This document shows positions 1-9,653 of a stretch of DNA of 36,956 bases, in pieces (position 1 is the stretch's first letter; each line of letters begins with the position of its first letter). This stretch comes from Methanobacteriota archaeon. GTDB taxonomy: Archaea; Thermoplasmatota; Poseidoniia; Poseidoniales; Poseidoniaceae. Under the pieces are notes generated by a model. That model saw only the letters and a program-made list of their open reading frames with translations. It was not told where the DNA came from and made no database searches. A program made the translations under genes and the position numbers. The stretch is from contig JABIGM010000053.1 of NCBI GenBank assembly GCA_018650165.1, forward strand, positions 1 through 36,956. Reading direction: 5' to 3'.

Positions 1-3000
1 GAAGAAAACCATCGTGTTGAATTGACTCCTGATGACTGTACAATGGTACAAGTTTGGCGAGATAATGATTGCATTGATTTGACACCTGTCCGAAATTTAA
101 CTTATTCTTCGAACAAAATAATGTGGGGTATTGGTCAACAGAACGAATACATCCCTTCATTTTCAGGAGATGCACCGGATTCTTGGACAATTTCATCAGA
201 TTTACCAATGGGAATTCACCTTTCCCAACTAGGAGTAATTAGCGGAACTCCTGTTGAATATGATACAACGCAAAACAATTATTCCATTACAGCATCAAAT
301 GCGATCGGTTTTTCGATATTTGAATTTGAACTTATACTCACAGACATAATTCCCAGTGAATTGACCTATTCGGATTCACCATATATTTTCACATATGGCG
401 AGGTCCTCTTCAATGAAGTACCAGTTGTTCTTGGAGGAGAGATTAATTCATTCTCATCCTATCCCGAATTACCCGAAGGAATGTCTCTTTCTACAGAAGG
501 TACCGTTTCAGGACAAGCCCTAGAACTTGGTATGAGTAATCACACAATTTTTGCAAATAATAGTGGAGGCTCCTCAACCACAGAGATTACGATTCTAGTA
601 GTAGACCATCCCGTTTCCAATCTTGGTTACACATACTCGCCACTCAATTGCTTTGTCAATGAAACTATGTTTACTCTTCAACCTAGTATGAGCGGAGGAC
701 AAATTACGGAATGGGGTATTGGTGAATTGCCCCTTGGTCTAGTTTTTACAGATGGTGAAATCAACGGAATACCCCAAGCAATTGGCACTTATACATTTCA
801 AATATTTGCTAATAATTCAGGCGGAACAACTTCAACAGTTGTGCAGATTAATGTGGTAGATAGACCCGTTTCTGAAATCGACTATGGGGGCGATTTAGAC
901 CTAGTTTGGAATGTTCCTTATGATATTTCACCGTCCTTATCCGGAGGTGTAGTTGTGGAATGGGGCATTAACCCAGAACTACCAATTGGCTTGTTTTTTG
1001 ATGAAGGGAGAATTTATGGAAACGCCTCAGAACTGTATACAAAAACAGTTCATACAGTTTGGGCAAATAACACCGGAGGCTCATTTTTCATTACACTGAA
1101 TCTCTCGGTTAGCGACATGACTCCCGGAAATATTTCATGGCAAAAACCAGTGATTGCTATCGCATCAAATCAGACTTCGCATCTAGAAGTAATAAACGAA
1201 GGTCCTATGATTGAAACCTGGGAAATTGAACCAGAACTACCCATCGGACTGGTATTAGATGAAGGAAATATTACTGGTACTCCGTTGAGTAGGATGAATT
1301 GGACTATTTTTACAATTTGGGCAAATAATACAGGGGGCTCCTTCCAAACTAATCTAAAATTAGCTGTACATGATCTCGATGCGGATTCAAGCGATTTGAG
1401 TGCAGGGGTTGGCGTACTTGATTATGGTTCATCATGGCCGAGTATGATTGTACCTCATGGAGAATGGTCATTCCCGATAGGCATGGATTGGGCTGGACGG
1501 CCACTGATAACAGCATCACACGCAGGCCAAGGAAGAATGGTTGGTTTTGGCCATGAATCACTTGTTTCTCGTAGTACTGGTAATGAGTCTGTAATGTCAA
1601 TGAATGCGGTAAATTGGGTGTGCCATGGGTCTTCAATTGGGGTGGTATCATCATACAACAATTTCGAGGATGAACTGGTTGCAGCAGGTTACTCAGTAAC
1701 CACTTCAATCGATATTACTTCACTTGGAAATTATGATTGTATATTAGCTCAATTTTGGAATTCATATGGCGATATAGGAAACGATGCAATTGAATCATTT
1801 TTGATTTCAGGCGGAGGGGTTGTAATGGGTGGCCATGCTTGGTATTGGTCATATTCAAATATCGATGTTGCCAATAATTACCCCGGTAATCACTTTGCAA
1901 AAACCAGTGGAATGTTTGTTTCATCACAGAACATAGGAACTGGGGCAGACCTAACTATTCCTCTGAGTGACCTACACCGACCTGCAAGAGCCCTCCAAGC
2001 GGTAGAAGAGCATATTCTAACAGGACCTTTACTAAATACTGAAGGTAAAGAATACGCAGGAGGATGCATCAAAACAATCGTTGCAAATATCCCATTGGAT
2101 TGGCCCGGTTTCTGGCCAGATATTCGTCAATTAGTCAATACCACTGGCTGGATAGAGATTTCACCATCTTATACCTTTGACCTTGGCGCAGATGGAATCG
2201 ATGACATGTTCCTCTCAATTCAAGAAAGCCTCATGCTACAGTTGCCGCCTACTGAATTAGGCATTCATCCGAGTGCCAAAGATTTCCCCGGGGCAGTTCC
2301 AACTAACGCTTCAAGAATAACGCGCACAGTATCTGTTGACGGAAATTACAGTGGCCTCCCCTCCAATTTTGGTTATTCAGGTGCTAGAAGTGATGGTCGT
2401 TTTAGTACAGGTTTGTATGCAGGTCCCGGTGAACTGGTAAATATTACAATTCCAACGTCTATTGTTGCTACTGGAGTAAATATTCTGATAGGCGCACATA
2501 GCGATTCATTATGGAACAAGGATGTCATCAGTAGACATCCACAGATTGTTCGAGCTTACCAAGCAGATAACTCTACTTTCCAAGTCGCAAATTCCTTTGG
2601 TGGCCCAATATATGTTCGTGTGCCAGCGGGCAGTAACCTTGGTGATTTCAATGTCACAATCGAAGGAGGAATCCCATCCCCACTCTATGTTCACAATCAA
2701 ACAACAATGGCAGAATGGAATAATACACAACGAAACTACCCCGGACCATGGGCAGAATTAGTGTCAGGTGCATTCATCTTGACTGTTCCAAGTAACGAGA
2801 TTCGAAGTCTAAACAATACTGATGTATTGATGGATTGGTGGGAGACTGCTCTTCAGATGGAACATGACCTTTCTGGAATGTCTGATTGGCCAAGAATCGA
2901 GCGTGCCGTTTTCGATGTTCAGATTAGTGCGGGGTGGATGCATTCTGGATATCCATTCATGGCCCATCTTGCTAGTGTTCAAAATGTAGTCGATTTCGAC

Positions 3001-3813
3001 CACATGAGCACAAGTGGTGATTGGGGTATGTTCCATGAATTAGGCCACAACCACCAGTGGATGCCATCAACTCTCCCAGGTACTACCGAAGCGACTTGTA
3101 ATCTATACAGTGTTAGATTAATGGAAGACTTAGTGGGGGTAGATCTTGGTCAAGGCCATTCTGCTTTACAAAATAGTTCAAGAGAAACTCGCCGTGATAA
3201 TTACTTCAACGGAGGCTCGCAGATTTCACAATGGAGTGTTTGGACTGCCCTCGAAACATATCTGCAAGTGAAGGAAGAGTTCGGCTGGGAGCCAATTACG
3301 TTTGCACTTTCTGAGTATTATTCTATGAGCAATCCTCCAAGTGGCGATAGTGCCGAATTCAATGAATGGACAATTAGAATCTCAAACGCAACCGGTTACA
3401 ATCTCGCCCCATTCCATGAAGCATGGGGCTTCCCATTGGCTCCTGAAACCCATGCAGCATTAGACCACTTGCCTGTTTGGACAACGGATCCACAAAGAAA
3501 TGGAATCTATGAGTACAATTCTATTATACAAAATCAAACAGAGTCAAACGTTTCTTCAGGCACAGCTGATTTAGAATGGAGTATCTATGATAATGGCACT
3601 AATTCTAACATCACAATATGTTGGGGTTTAACAGATGGCGGGCAGATGAAATCTGCTTGGGCTAACTGTGGATTAAAGGGAACCAGTATTGTTGGAGATA
3701 TGCAGCATTCTGTAAGCAGTCTGACCTCAGGGCTTACTTATCATTGGAGAATAATGAGTGAGAATTCGAATGGAGAAACATGGTTTAGTGACCACACCTT
3801 CATCGCTAGTTGA
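1..3813 (+). CDS. 5'-truncated secreted M60-like (TCAF/FAM115-type) zinc metallopeptidase with five He_PIG/putative Ig repeats and a C-terminal FN3-like domain
   Basis: The frame is open from base 1 (EENHRVEL-TPDD...), so the TTG at 22 is not a real start. There are five ~85-aa repeats with the cores LPxG(L/M/I)x(L/F)xxxGxIxGxP and (W/F)ANN(S/T)GG. The zinc motif HELGH is at 3034-3048, followed by GTTEATCNLY (downstream Glu of gluzincins) and WTALETYLQVKEEFGWEP, which I recognise as typical of TCAF/FAM115 M60-like proteins. The last ~95 aa (ADLEW...LTSGLTYHWRIMSEN) look FN3-like. Confidence 0.9.
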   Translation, partial: EENHRVELTPDDCTMVQVWRDNDCIDLTPVRNLTYSSNKIMWGIGQQNEYIPSFSGDAPDSWTISSDLPMGIHLSQLGVISGTPVEYDTTQNNYSITASNAIGFSIFEFELILTDIIPSELTYSDSPYIFTYGEVLFNEVPVVLGGEINSFSSYPELPEGMSLSTEGTVSGQALELGMSNHTIFANNSGGSSTTEITILVVDHPVSNLGYTYSPLNCFVNETMFTLQPSMSGGQITEWGIGELPLGLVFTDGEINGIPQAIGTYTFQIFANNSGGTTSTVVQINVVDRPVSEIDYGGDLDLVWNVPYDISPSLSGGVVVEWGINPELPIGLFFDEGRIYGNASELYTKTVHTVWANNTGGSFFITLNLSVSDMTPGNISWQKPVIAIASNQTSHLEVINEGPMIETWEIEPELPIGLVLDEGNITGTPLSRMNWTIFTIWANNTGGSFQTNLKLAVHDLDADSSDLSAGVGVLDYGSSWPSMIVPHGEWSFPIGMDWAGRPLITASHAGQGRMVGFGHESLVSRSTGNESVMSMNAVNWVCHGSSIGVVSSYNNFEDELVAAGYSVTTSIDITSLGNYDCILAQFWNSYGDIGNDAIESFLISGGGVVMGGHAWYWSYSNIDVANNYPGNHFAKTSGMFVSSQNIGTGADLTIPLSDLHRPARALQAVEEHILTGPLLNTEGKEYAGGCIKTIVANIPLDWPGFWPDIRQLVNTTGWIEISPSYTFDLGADGIDDMFLSIQESLMLQLPPTELGIHPSAKDFPGAVPTNASRITRTVSVDGNYSGLPSNFGYSGARSDGRFSTGLYAGPGELVNITIPTSIVATGVNILIGAHSDSLWNKDVISRHPQIVRAYQADNSTFQVANSFGGPIYVRVPAGSNLGDFNVTIEGGIPSPLYVHNQTTMAEWNNTQRNYPGPWAELVSGAFILTVPSNEIRSLNNTDVLMDWWETALQMEHDLSGMSDWPRIERAVFDVQISAGWMHSGYPFMAHLASVQNVVDFDHMSTSGDWGMFHELGHNHQWMPSTLPGTTEATCNLYSVRLMEDLVGVDLGQGHSALQNSSRETRRDNYFNGGSQISQWSVWTALETYLQVKEEFGWEPITFALSEYYSMSNPPSGDSAEFNEWTIRISNATGYNLAPFHEAWGFPLAPETHAALDHLPVWTTDPQRNGIYEYNSIIQNQTESNVSSGTADLEWSIYDNGTNSNITICWGLTDGGQMKSAWANCGLKGTSIVGDMQHSVSSLTSGLTYHWRIMSENSNGETWFSDHTFIAS

Positions 3814-3814
3814 A

Positions 3815-4789
3815 TTAGGATATTTCGATATCCAAAACCACATGGCGAATATGTGGGCAATACCATTTGACCTTTTCCAAGTGAGTCGCTGTTGCTGCTT
3901 TTCCACTAACTGTTGTGAACCATTCAGTTGTTTTCTTCACCCAATCTTCTATTTCGTTTTCATGTACATTCATGTGAACATGAATCATTCCACCGCTTGG
4001 CTTCAAACAATTTATTGCAAGACCCCAAGTTTTCATCGATGAGGGGATTAATCCAAGAATTACTCGATCAGCAATACCTCTAAGTTTGTTCATAGAGATT
4101 CGATTATCGCCTTGATGAATTGTACATTTTTCTGTAACATTGTTTTTTGCTAATCCCTTTTCTAAAGCGGATATACTATCAGGATTAATTTCACAAGCAT
4201 GCACATGCTTTGCACCACCAGTTACAAGAAATGGAAGAGTGTAATATCCAATGCCACAATATGCATCAACAATTGTTTCTTTTGACGAATTAATTTGCCC
4301 CATCCTTCTGCGTTCTGTGACATTTCCCGAAGAAAACATGACTGCAGTTGCATCAAATTCGTATTCTACGAAATTCTCTTTATGACTTACCCAGCCATCA
4401 CTACCTAAGATTAATTTCATCTGAGATTGCCTTTTGATTCCAGGGTCAATCTCCGCTTGTATTGCTAATCTTTTGGCACCTAGTGCATCTGCAATTTCAT
4501 GTAAAGGCCAATCTGTTGTATCTGTACCTTCTTGGAAGATTACCAAATCTCCTAATTTTTCCCATTTTTTTGGTGGATTCACAATAATTTCATTCAACAA
4601 TGAATGAGGATTATGTTTCTCAACTGGTTGGAACTCAAGTTTTAGTTCACCTTCAGTTATTGGAATCGCAATCATTTCACCATACGGCATCGGCTGTAAA
4701 TCAGTATTTAACAAGCCGATTTTTTTCAGGCGTTCATAATCATCTGTAGCCCCAATCCGCGTACATAGGAATGCAAACGATGTGGGCAT
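3815..4789 (-). CDS. taw2: SAM-dependent tRNA wybutosine/wyosine biosynthesis transferase, TYW2/Taw2-like (Met-10+/Trm5 family), 324 aa
   Basis: Family motifs present: WEKLGDLVIF, ENFVEYEFDATAVMFSSGNVTERRRM, SAM motif I VDAYCGIGYYTL, HACEINP, GDNR, ADRVILGLIP, GGMIHVH. The start is moved to the ATG at 4789 (MPTSF...) because the longer ORF overlaps the divergent gene. TYW2 versus Trm5 activity is a family-level judgement. Confidence 0.8.
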   Translation of the reverse strand: MPTSFAFLCTRIGATDDYERLKKIGLLNTDLQPMPYGEMIAIPITEGELKLEFQPVEKHNPHSLLNEIIVNPPKKWEKLGDLVIFQEGTDTTDWPLHEIADALGAKRLAIQAEIDPGIKRQSQMKLILGSDGWVSHKENFVEYEFDATAVMFSSGNVTERRRMGQINSSKETIVDAYCGIGYYTLPFLVTGGAKHVHACEINPDSISALEKGLAKNNVTEKCTIHQGDNRISMNKLRGIADRVILGLIPSSMKTWGLAINCLKPSGGMIHVHMNVHENEIEDWVKKTTEWFTTVSGKAATATHLEKVKWYCPHIRHVVLDIEIS

Positions 4790-4815
4790 AATTGACCGTA
4801 TGTAGGCAAAGCATG

Positions 4816-4821
4816 TTAAAT
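4816..4821. promoter_or_regulatory. Candidate TATA element (TTAAAT / ATTTAA) centred between divergent start codons
   Basis: It is the only strongly AT-rich box in the 59-bp spacer, and lies ~27 nt from both ATG 4789 (-) and ATG 4849 (+), the usual archaeal TATA-to-start spacing for leaderless mRNAs. Confidence 0.45.
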
Positions 4822-4848
4822 GTCCCAGCAAACACAATAGATGATAGC

Positions 4849-7845
4849 ATGAAGTCTCGACTAGCATTATTCCTCTCTTTGCTATTTGCAATATCTGTTT
4901 TAACGCCTTTAGCAAGTGCTTCAGGAATGCAGGGATGCACAATCAACGGGGGGACATGCGATACTTGGGATAAATCCGATGATGGAACCGAAAACTCCCA
5001 GGATTGGATTGAGGGAGTGTACGAATTCGATTTGGTAGATACTTCTACAATAAATATGGAAATGTCTTGGGCTTTGTATGAATTTAATCGTTCAACTATC
5101 GGCTTGGATGGTGCTGCAATGAATGCTGCTCTGGCTGCAGAGGGAATGAGTGCACAAGATGGCGCCCCTGCTGATTTGATTCGCAACTATTTCGACCAAA
5201 CAACTGCAGGGCCAGGGACTCCAACAGTTCAAGAAAAACTCGCACTAGAAGTTAATGATACGATTGAAGAACTGCTTTCAAGTGGGTTTGGGACAGTAAA
5301 TTCAATTTCAACGAACTATGTAAATTCGATTTCTAACTCTGGTGTAATTACCACTTGTAGTGATGACCCAGACAGCGATACTGCCGCTGAAGTAGGTCTT
5401 TCAGACAACGTATTCGACCCTCCAATTTGCTTTTCTGTTACAGCCAGTGTTTCCCTTGCAACATCCACTTTTAATCTTGGAACAGTTGACCCTCTAACCT
5501 TGGAGCGAGTCTATCGCGGAATGCTAGTAATGGGTTCAGACATTACCTCAGAGTTTGATTTGTTTAGCGAACCAGGACACTCTTCAGTTTTCGTGATAAA
5601 CCCTCCCGATTTTGCAACGGTGAAGAATGTGGATTCTTCAGGAGTACAAATTATTCGCACAGGCACTCCATCGTATATGGCTGCTCAATGGACGATTGAT
5701 AACCGTGATTCACAGATAGGAGGGGAAAGAATCTCACAACCTGTAAACGTAGAAATTGGTCACCGTAATTCTACCCAAACCAGCAGTGTAGAAATTACGC
5801 CTCAAGATACTGGAATTACTTTGAATGTAAAACTAGACCTCTCCGACGAAAACTCGGCTTGGATTGATATTGTTGCGGGAATCAACCATATCGATCAATC
5901 AACTATGGATGAGTGGGGTATTTCGCTTGTTGATGTCACTCAAAATGCCAAAGTACCATGGGTTACTTCAGACGGAATTAGATTGGCTTATCAAAATGAT
6001 TTGGTCGACTTAGATGATTTTACTAATAATTTTCCAATGGATACAGTAGGAGATTCTATTGAAGATGCAGTGCCTGGCGTTGGGAATATTGAGATTAATT
6101 CACCTACTTGGGTATCTCAATCAATAGCAGTTGGGATACCTGAACCGGGAGGGGGGCTGAATTATACTCACAATTCCTGTCCGGAAAATCTTCCACCAGG
6201 TACAGATGTGAATTATTGCATTGAAGGTGCCAATGCAATGGATGGAAGCCACCCGATTTATTTGAGAGCGTCATCGGGAACTTTTGAACTACATCTTCTC
6301 GATTTAGTTAAGCAAGAAGTAGATGACCCAACCGGTATTTTAGATGTTGTAGAAGAAAATGATTTACGTAAATTATTAGGTGCAGGTCTCACAATTGAAA
6401 CCGAATTTGGCCAAGATTTACTTCAAAATATGATACCTGCGAACCTCCCTCCTGCTGAATTAACTCTTGAACTGATAATGCCAATGTGGATGCAAGCAGC
6501 AACTGGAGAATCTTCCATTATACTGGTTGAGAGAAGTAACGGCCCCGATGAGACTTCCATTTCAATGGCGGACCCTGGTGCCTACAATCCAGGTCATGCA
6601 ATTCTTGATTCAGATGGAAAAGAAATATGTTCAGCAGATGAAGCAGATTGGTCTTGTATTAACCTAGATGTAGATTTGGATGTTAGTGAATTAGAATTCA
6701 ATGAATGGGGTCCGAGTATAGAACTAACAGCTTCATTTTCTGCAACAATAGATGTTTACCGAATAAAAATTCCAGATGAGGTATTAGACAAAATGAATTC
6801 GGGAAATACTTCGGTTTCACTCGAAGTTATTCCTTCTGACCTCATACGGTTAGGATTTGATATTACTGACCGGCTTTCTGAACCAATTACAGATGATGTC
6901 GATACAGGTGGGAATGACAAAACACCTATTGAATTTACAACAGCAGGGTTTGAAAAATTTGTAAATAACCTCGGTAAAGATGTTACAAAAACCCTACATG
7001 AAAAATCAGCAGAACTTGGCGGAGAAGAAGAATTTACAGAAGTAGACTTATCGGGTATCCAAATAATTACTTCTTTAGAAAATCTGGGTGGTATTGGAAC
7101 CTCGATTGGTGATGAAACACCTATCTCTCTCAAATTGCGAATACCTGAATTTACATTCAAAGCCGGTGTTACCAATGGCTGGGGCGGAATTACTGATGGC
7201 AACCCTACACTTGGAGTGACTTCCGCTCTAAGTTCTCCCATTATTGAAATTGCAAATTCATTCAGCAATGCACTCACTAATATCGGATTGCAGTTCGTTC
7301 AAATGGGTGGTTCCGGTTTGGTAATAGATAATGATGATGAACCATTTAACTTCATCATTGAACCTAAAAATTTAGAATTGAATGAAGAAACAGAATCTGA
7401 ACTACGTGGTGAGATAACATTTGTTTTACCAGATGGAATTACATTAGAGAATTTCCAAACTGCAAATGGTTGGGAAGAAGTCGGAACTAATTCTGAGGGG
7501 AGACAAAAAATCACATTATCCCTTGAGTCATTTATTGCAGGGGACGAATTCACATTTAGCATACAGGTTTCATGGTGGTATATCTTTACTCAAATCTGGA
7601 TATATCCTACAATGTTCCTTTCTTTGATTGTATGGCGTGTTAGAGCTAGGCGGAAAAAGAAACGTCGTAAGAAACAAATTGCTGCGGCCGCCGATACCAA
7701 GATCATATCTTCTGGTAAGGGAGGCTTAACAGATTCTGATTTCGCATCTCTGAGTGATGGGAAAGATCCTACTTTCTCTAGTGGTGATGATTTCGATTTG
7801 TATGGCGATGATTTCGACTACAAGGATGAAGAAACTTGGAACTAA
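4849..7845 (+). CDS. Large secreted, C-terminally membrane-anchored hypothetical protein (998 aa) with three degenerate internal repeats
   Basis: Signal peptide MKSRLALFLSLLFAISVLTPLASA begins at ATG 4849. The ectodomain is acidic. The TM WWYIFTQIWIYPTMFLSLIVW is followed by RVRARRKKKRRKK and an acidic tail. A (P/T)(A/S)DxIR motif recurs at 5167, 5965 and 6832. Confidence 0.88.
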   Translation: MKSRLALFLSLLFAISVLTPLASASGMQGCTINGGTCDTWDKSDDGTENSQDWIEGVYEFDLVDTSTINMEMSWALYEFNRSTIGLDGAAMNAALAAEGMSAQDGAPADLIRNYFDQTTAGPGTPTVQEKLALEVNDTIEELLSSGFGTVNSISTNYVNSISNSGVITTCSDDPDSDTAAEVGLSDNVFDPPICFSVTASVSLATSTFNLGTVDPLTLERVYRGMLVMGSDITSEFDLFSEPGHSSVFVINPPDFATVKNVDSSGVQIIRTGTPSYMAAQWTIDNRDSQIGGERISQPVNVEIGHRNSTQTSSVEITPQDTGITLNVKLDLSDENSAWIDIVAGINHIDQSTMDEWGISLVDVTQNAKVPWVTSDGIRLAYQNDLVDLDDFTNNFPMDTVGDSIEDAVPGVGNIEINSPTWVSQSIAVGIPEPGGGLNYTHNSCPENLPPGTDVNYCIEGANAMDGSHPIYLRASSGTFELHLLDLVKQEVDDPTGILDVVEENDLRKLLGAGLTIETEFGQDLLQNMIPANLPPAELTLELIMPMWMQAATGESSIILVERSNGPDETSISMADPGAYNPGHAILDSDGKEICSADEADWSCINLDVDLDVSELEFNEWGPSIELTASFSATIDVYRIKIPDEVLDKMNSGNTSVSLEVIPSDLIRLGFDITDRLSEPITDDVDTGGNDKTPIEFTTAGFEKFVNNLGKDVTKTLHEKSAELGGEEEFTEVDLSGIQIITSLENLGGIGTSIGDETPISLKLRIPEFTFKAGVTNGWGGITDGNPTLGVTSALSSPIIEIANSFSNALTNIGLQFVQMGGSGLVIDNDDEPFNFIIEPKNLELNEETESELRGEITFVLPDGITLENFQTANGWEEVGTNSEGRQKITLSLESFIAGDEFTFSIQVSWWYIFTQIWIYPTMFLSLIVWRVRARRKKKRRKKQIAAAADTKIISSGKGGLTDSDFASLSDGKDPTFSSGDDFDLYGDDFDYKDEETWN

Positions 7846-9566
7846 TGAAGAGAATCATAAATTCTCTGAGCTAAAGATGGACCAATTCCTGGGACCGTTT
7901 TCAAGTCAGTAACGGTTGCATGAGTTATCCCTTGTCTTCCCCCAAAGTGGCGAAGTAGAGATTGCAATTTCTTTGCCCCAAGACCACTTACTGCTTCGAG
8001 AGGGTCCGAGAGGCGGGCTCTAGCCCTACTTTTACGATGAAATTTATTGACAAATCTATGCGCTTCATCCCTTGCATGTACCAAAACCCTTCCCCTGCGG
8101 TCAAGAACTAAGTCATCATGCCCTTCTCTATGAATCGTTTCCTCCCTCTTTGCAAGGCTTGCCAATTCCATTCTGTCTCTGACTCCATGTTTTTCTAACA
8201 AAGTTGCAATTATTGCTAGGTGAGTTTCTCCACCATCAATTAAGAGCAGATCTGGCCAATCTTCGACTCGTTTAATCCATCTCTCAACAACTTCACGCAT
8301 CATACGCAAATCATCCATTGCCGCCCCCTTTACCGTATATGTGCGGTATTCTTTCTTTGCTGGCCTTCCATTGCGCAGGCAGACGCTTGCGCCAACTCTT
8401 GAATCTCCGAGTAATTGAGCCATGTCAAAACAAACAATATGGTCTAGAGAATCCATGGAGAGTAGTGCAGCCCCCTCAGTAGCAGCACGCTGTTCAAGTG
8501 AACCAGTTGCTTTGTTGGCTAATCTTTCGATTTGAATTTCAGCGTTCTGCCTTGCGAGATTTGTCAAAGTAACCAAATCACCTCGAGATGGACTTCGGCA
8601 CTCGACCTTAGTCCCTCTGCGCTCACTTAGCCATTGAACAATAGTTTCGGTGAGAGGTATCGGTGTTAACAATAACCGCGGAGGCCTCCTGGTAGAATAG
8701 TGCTCTACGATAAATGTAGAAATAGAATCTCCTTCATCACCTCTGTGAATAAGAGGCCACGATTCTTGTCCCTTAATCACTTCATCATCAGCATGGATGA
8801 CTACAATTGCTGCTAGGTCACCTTTGACACCAATTCCAATTGCATCACAATCTCTGTATACAGTTGATGAAATTACTTGTTGACTAGTAACACTTCGAAC
8901 CGCTTTAATCATATCTCTAATCGATGCAGCCATTTCGTATTCTTGATTAGATGAGTACTCATCCATCTGCGTAGCCAGTTCTTCAATTAAATCACTTGCA
9001 TCTCCATCAAGAATACGTCTTACATTTTGGACTCTTTGCTTGTAATCTCCCGCTTCAATACAAGGCCCTGCACACAGTCCGATGTGCATTGCAAGACAAC
9101 CTTGGGGCAGTAATTCCTTACAATCTCTAATCCCAAAATGCCTTCGCAATAGTTGCACAACTTGTTTAGCAGCCCCTGCATTTGGAAATGGCCCCCATTT
9201 CCATGACTCTGGAGACGGATGACGTGTATACTGGATTCGGGGGAATTCTTCTTTTGTCAAAGCAAGATAAGGATATGATTTGTCATCCTTGAGCATTGAA
9301 TTGTATCTTGGCCGATGCTCCCTGATTAATTGCCTTTCAAGGATCAAGGCTTCTTGTGGTGAATTGGTAACAATACATTCGATGTCATCTGCTTTTTTTA
9401 CAAGTTCAGGAATCATTACCCGGTCTGGATTTATTGCAAAGTAAGAACGAATTCTCTGGGAGAGAACAGTGGCCTTCCCAACATATAATACTCTTCCATT
9501 CGAGGTGCGAAAGAGGTATACGCCCGGTTTTGCCGGCAGGTCAACCACCTCAGGATTTACCGGCAT
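7842..9566 (-). CDS. uvrC: Excinuclease ABC subunit C (574 aa)
   Basis: N-terminal GIY-YIG domain (PGVYLF...VLYVGKA...RIRSYF; ALILERQLI; PRYNSMLKDDKSYPYL), UVR coiled coil (EYEMAASIRD), RNase-H-like domain (CFDMAQ, PDLLLIDGG, RDEAHRF) and C-terminal HhH motifs (GLGAKK, PGIGPSLA). The start is placed at MPVNPEVVDLP (9566). Confidence 0.97.
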   Translation of the reverse strand: MPVNPEVVDLPAKPGVYLFRTSNGRVLYVGKATVLSQRIRSYFAINPDRVMIPELVKKADDIECIVTNSPQEALILERQLIREHRPRYNSMLKDDKSYPYLALTKEEFPRIQYTRHPSPESWKWGPFPNAGAAKQVVQLLRRHFGIRDCKELLPQGCLAMHIGLCAGPCIEAGDYKQRVQNVRRILDGDASDLIEELATQMDEYSSNQEYEMAASIRDMIKAVRSVTSQQVISSTVYRDCDAIGIGVKGDLAAIVVIHADDEVIKGQESWPLIHRGDEGDSISTFIVEHYSTRRPPRLLLTPIPLTETIVQWLSERRGTKVECRSPSRGDLVTLTNLARQNAEIQIERLANKATGSLEQRAATEGAALLSMDSLDHIVCFDMAQLLGDSRVGASVCLRNGRPAKKEYRTYTVKGAAMDDLRMMREVVERWIKRVEDWPDLLLIDGGETHLAIIATLLEKHGVRDRMELASLAKREETIHREGHDDLVLDRRGRVLVHARDEAHRFVNKFHRKSRARARLSDPLEAVSGLGAKKLQSLLRHFGGRQGITHATVTDLKTVPGIGPSLAQRIYDSLH

Positions 9567-9653
9567 GTTACACTTGTAGTGTCGGTCCATCAAGAATACA
9601 TCGCCACACGAGAAAGGGCAAGAAACATCATTGATGAGCGATAGCAAACTAAC

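Noticed and set aside
22-24. TTG start of the first ORF as given in the track
   Set aside because: The frame is open to base 1 and no signal peptide follows, so the gene begins upstream of the window.
4740-5186. 148-aa minus-strand ORF and the N-terminal extensions of the 3815..4942 and 4792..7845 ORFs
   Set aside because: They overlap better-supported genes. Trimming to ATG 4789 and ATG 4849 gives a clean divergent pair with a signal peptide right at the start.
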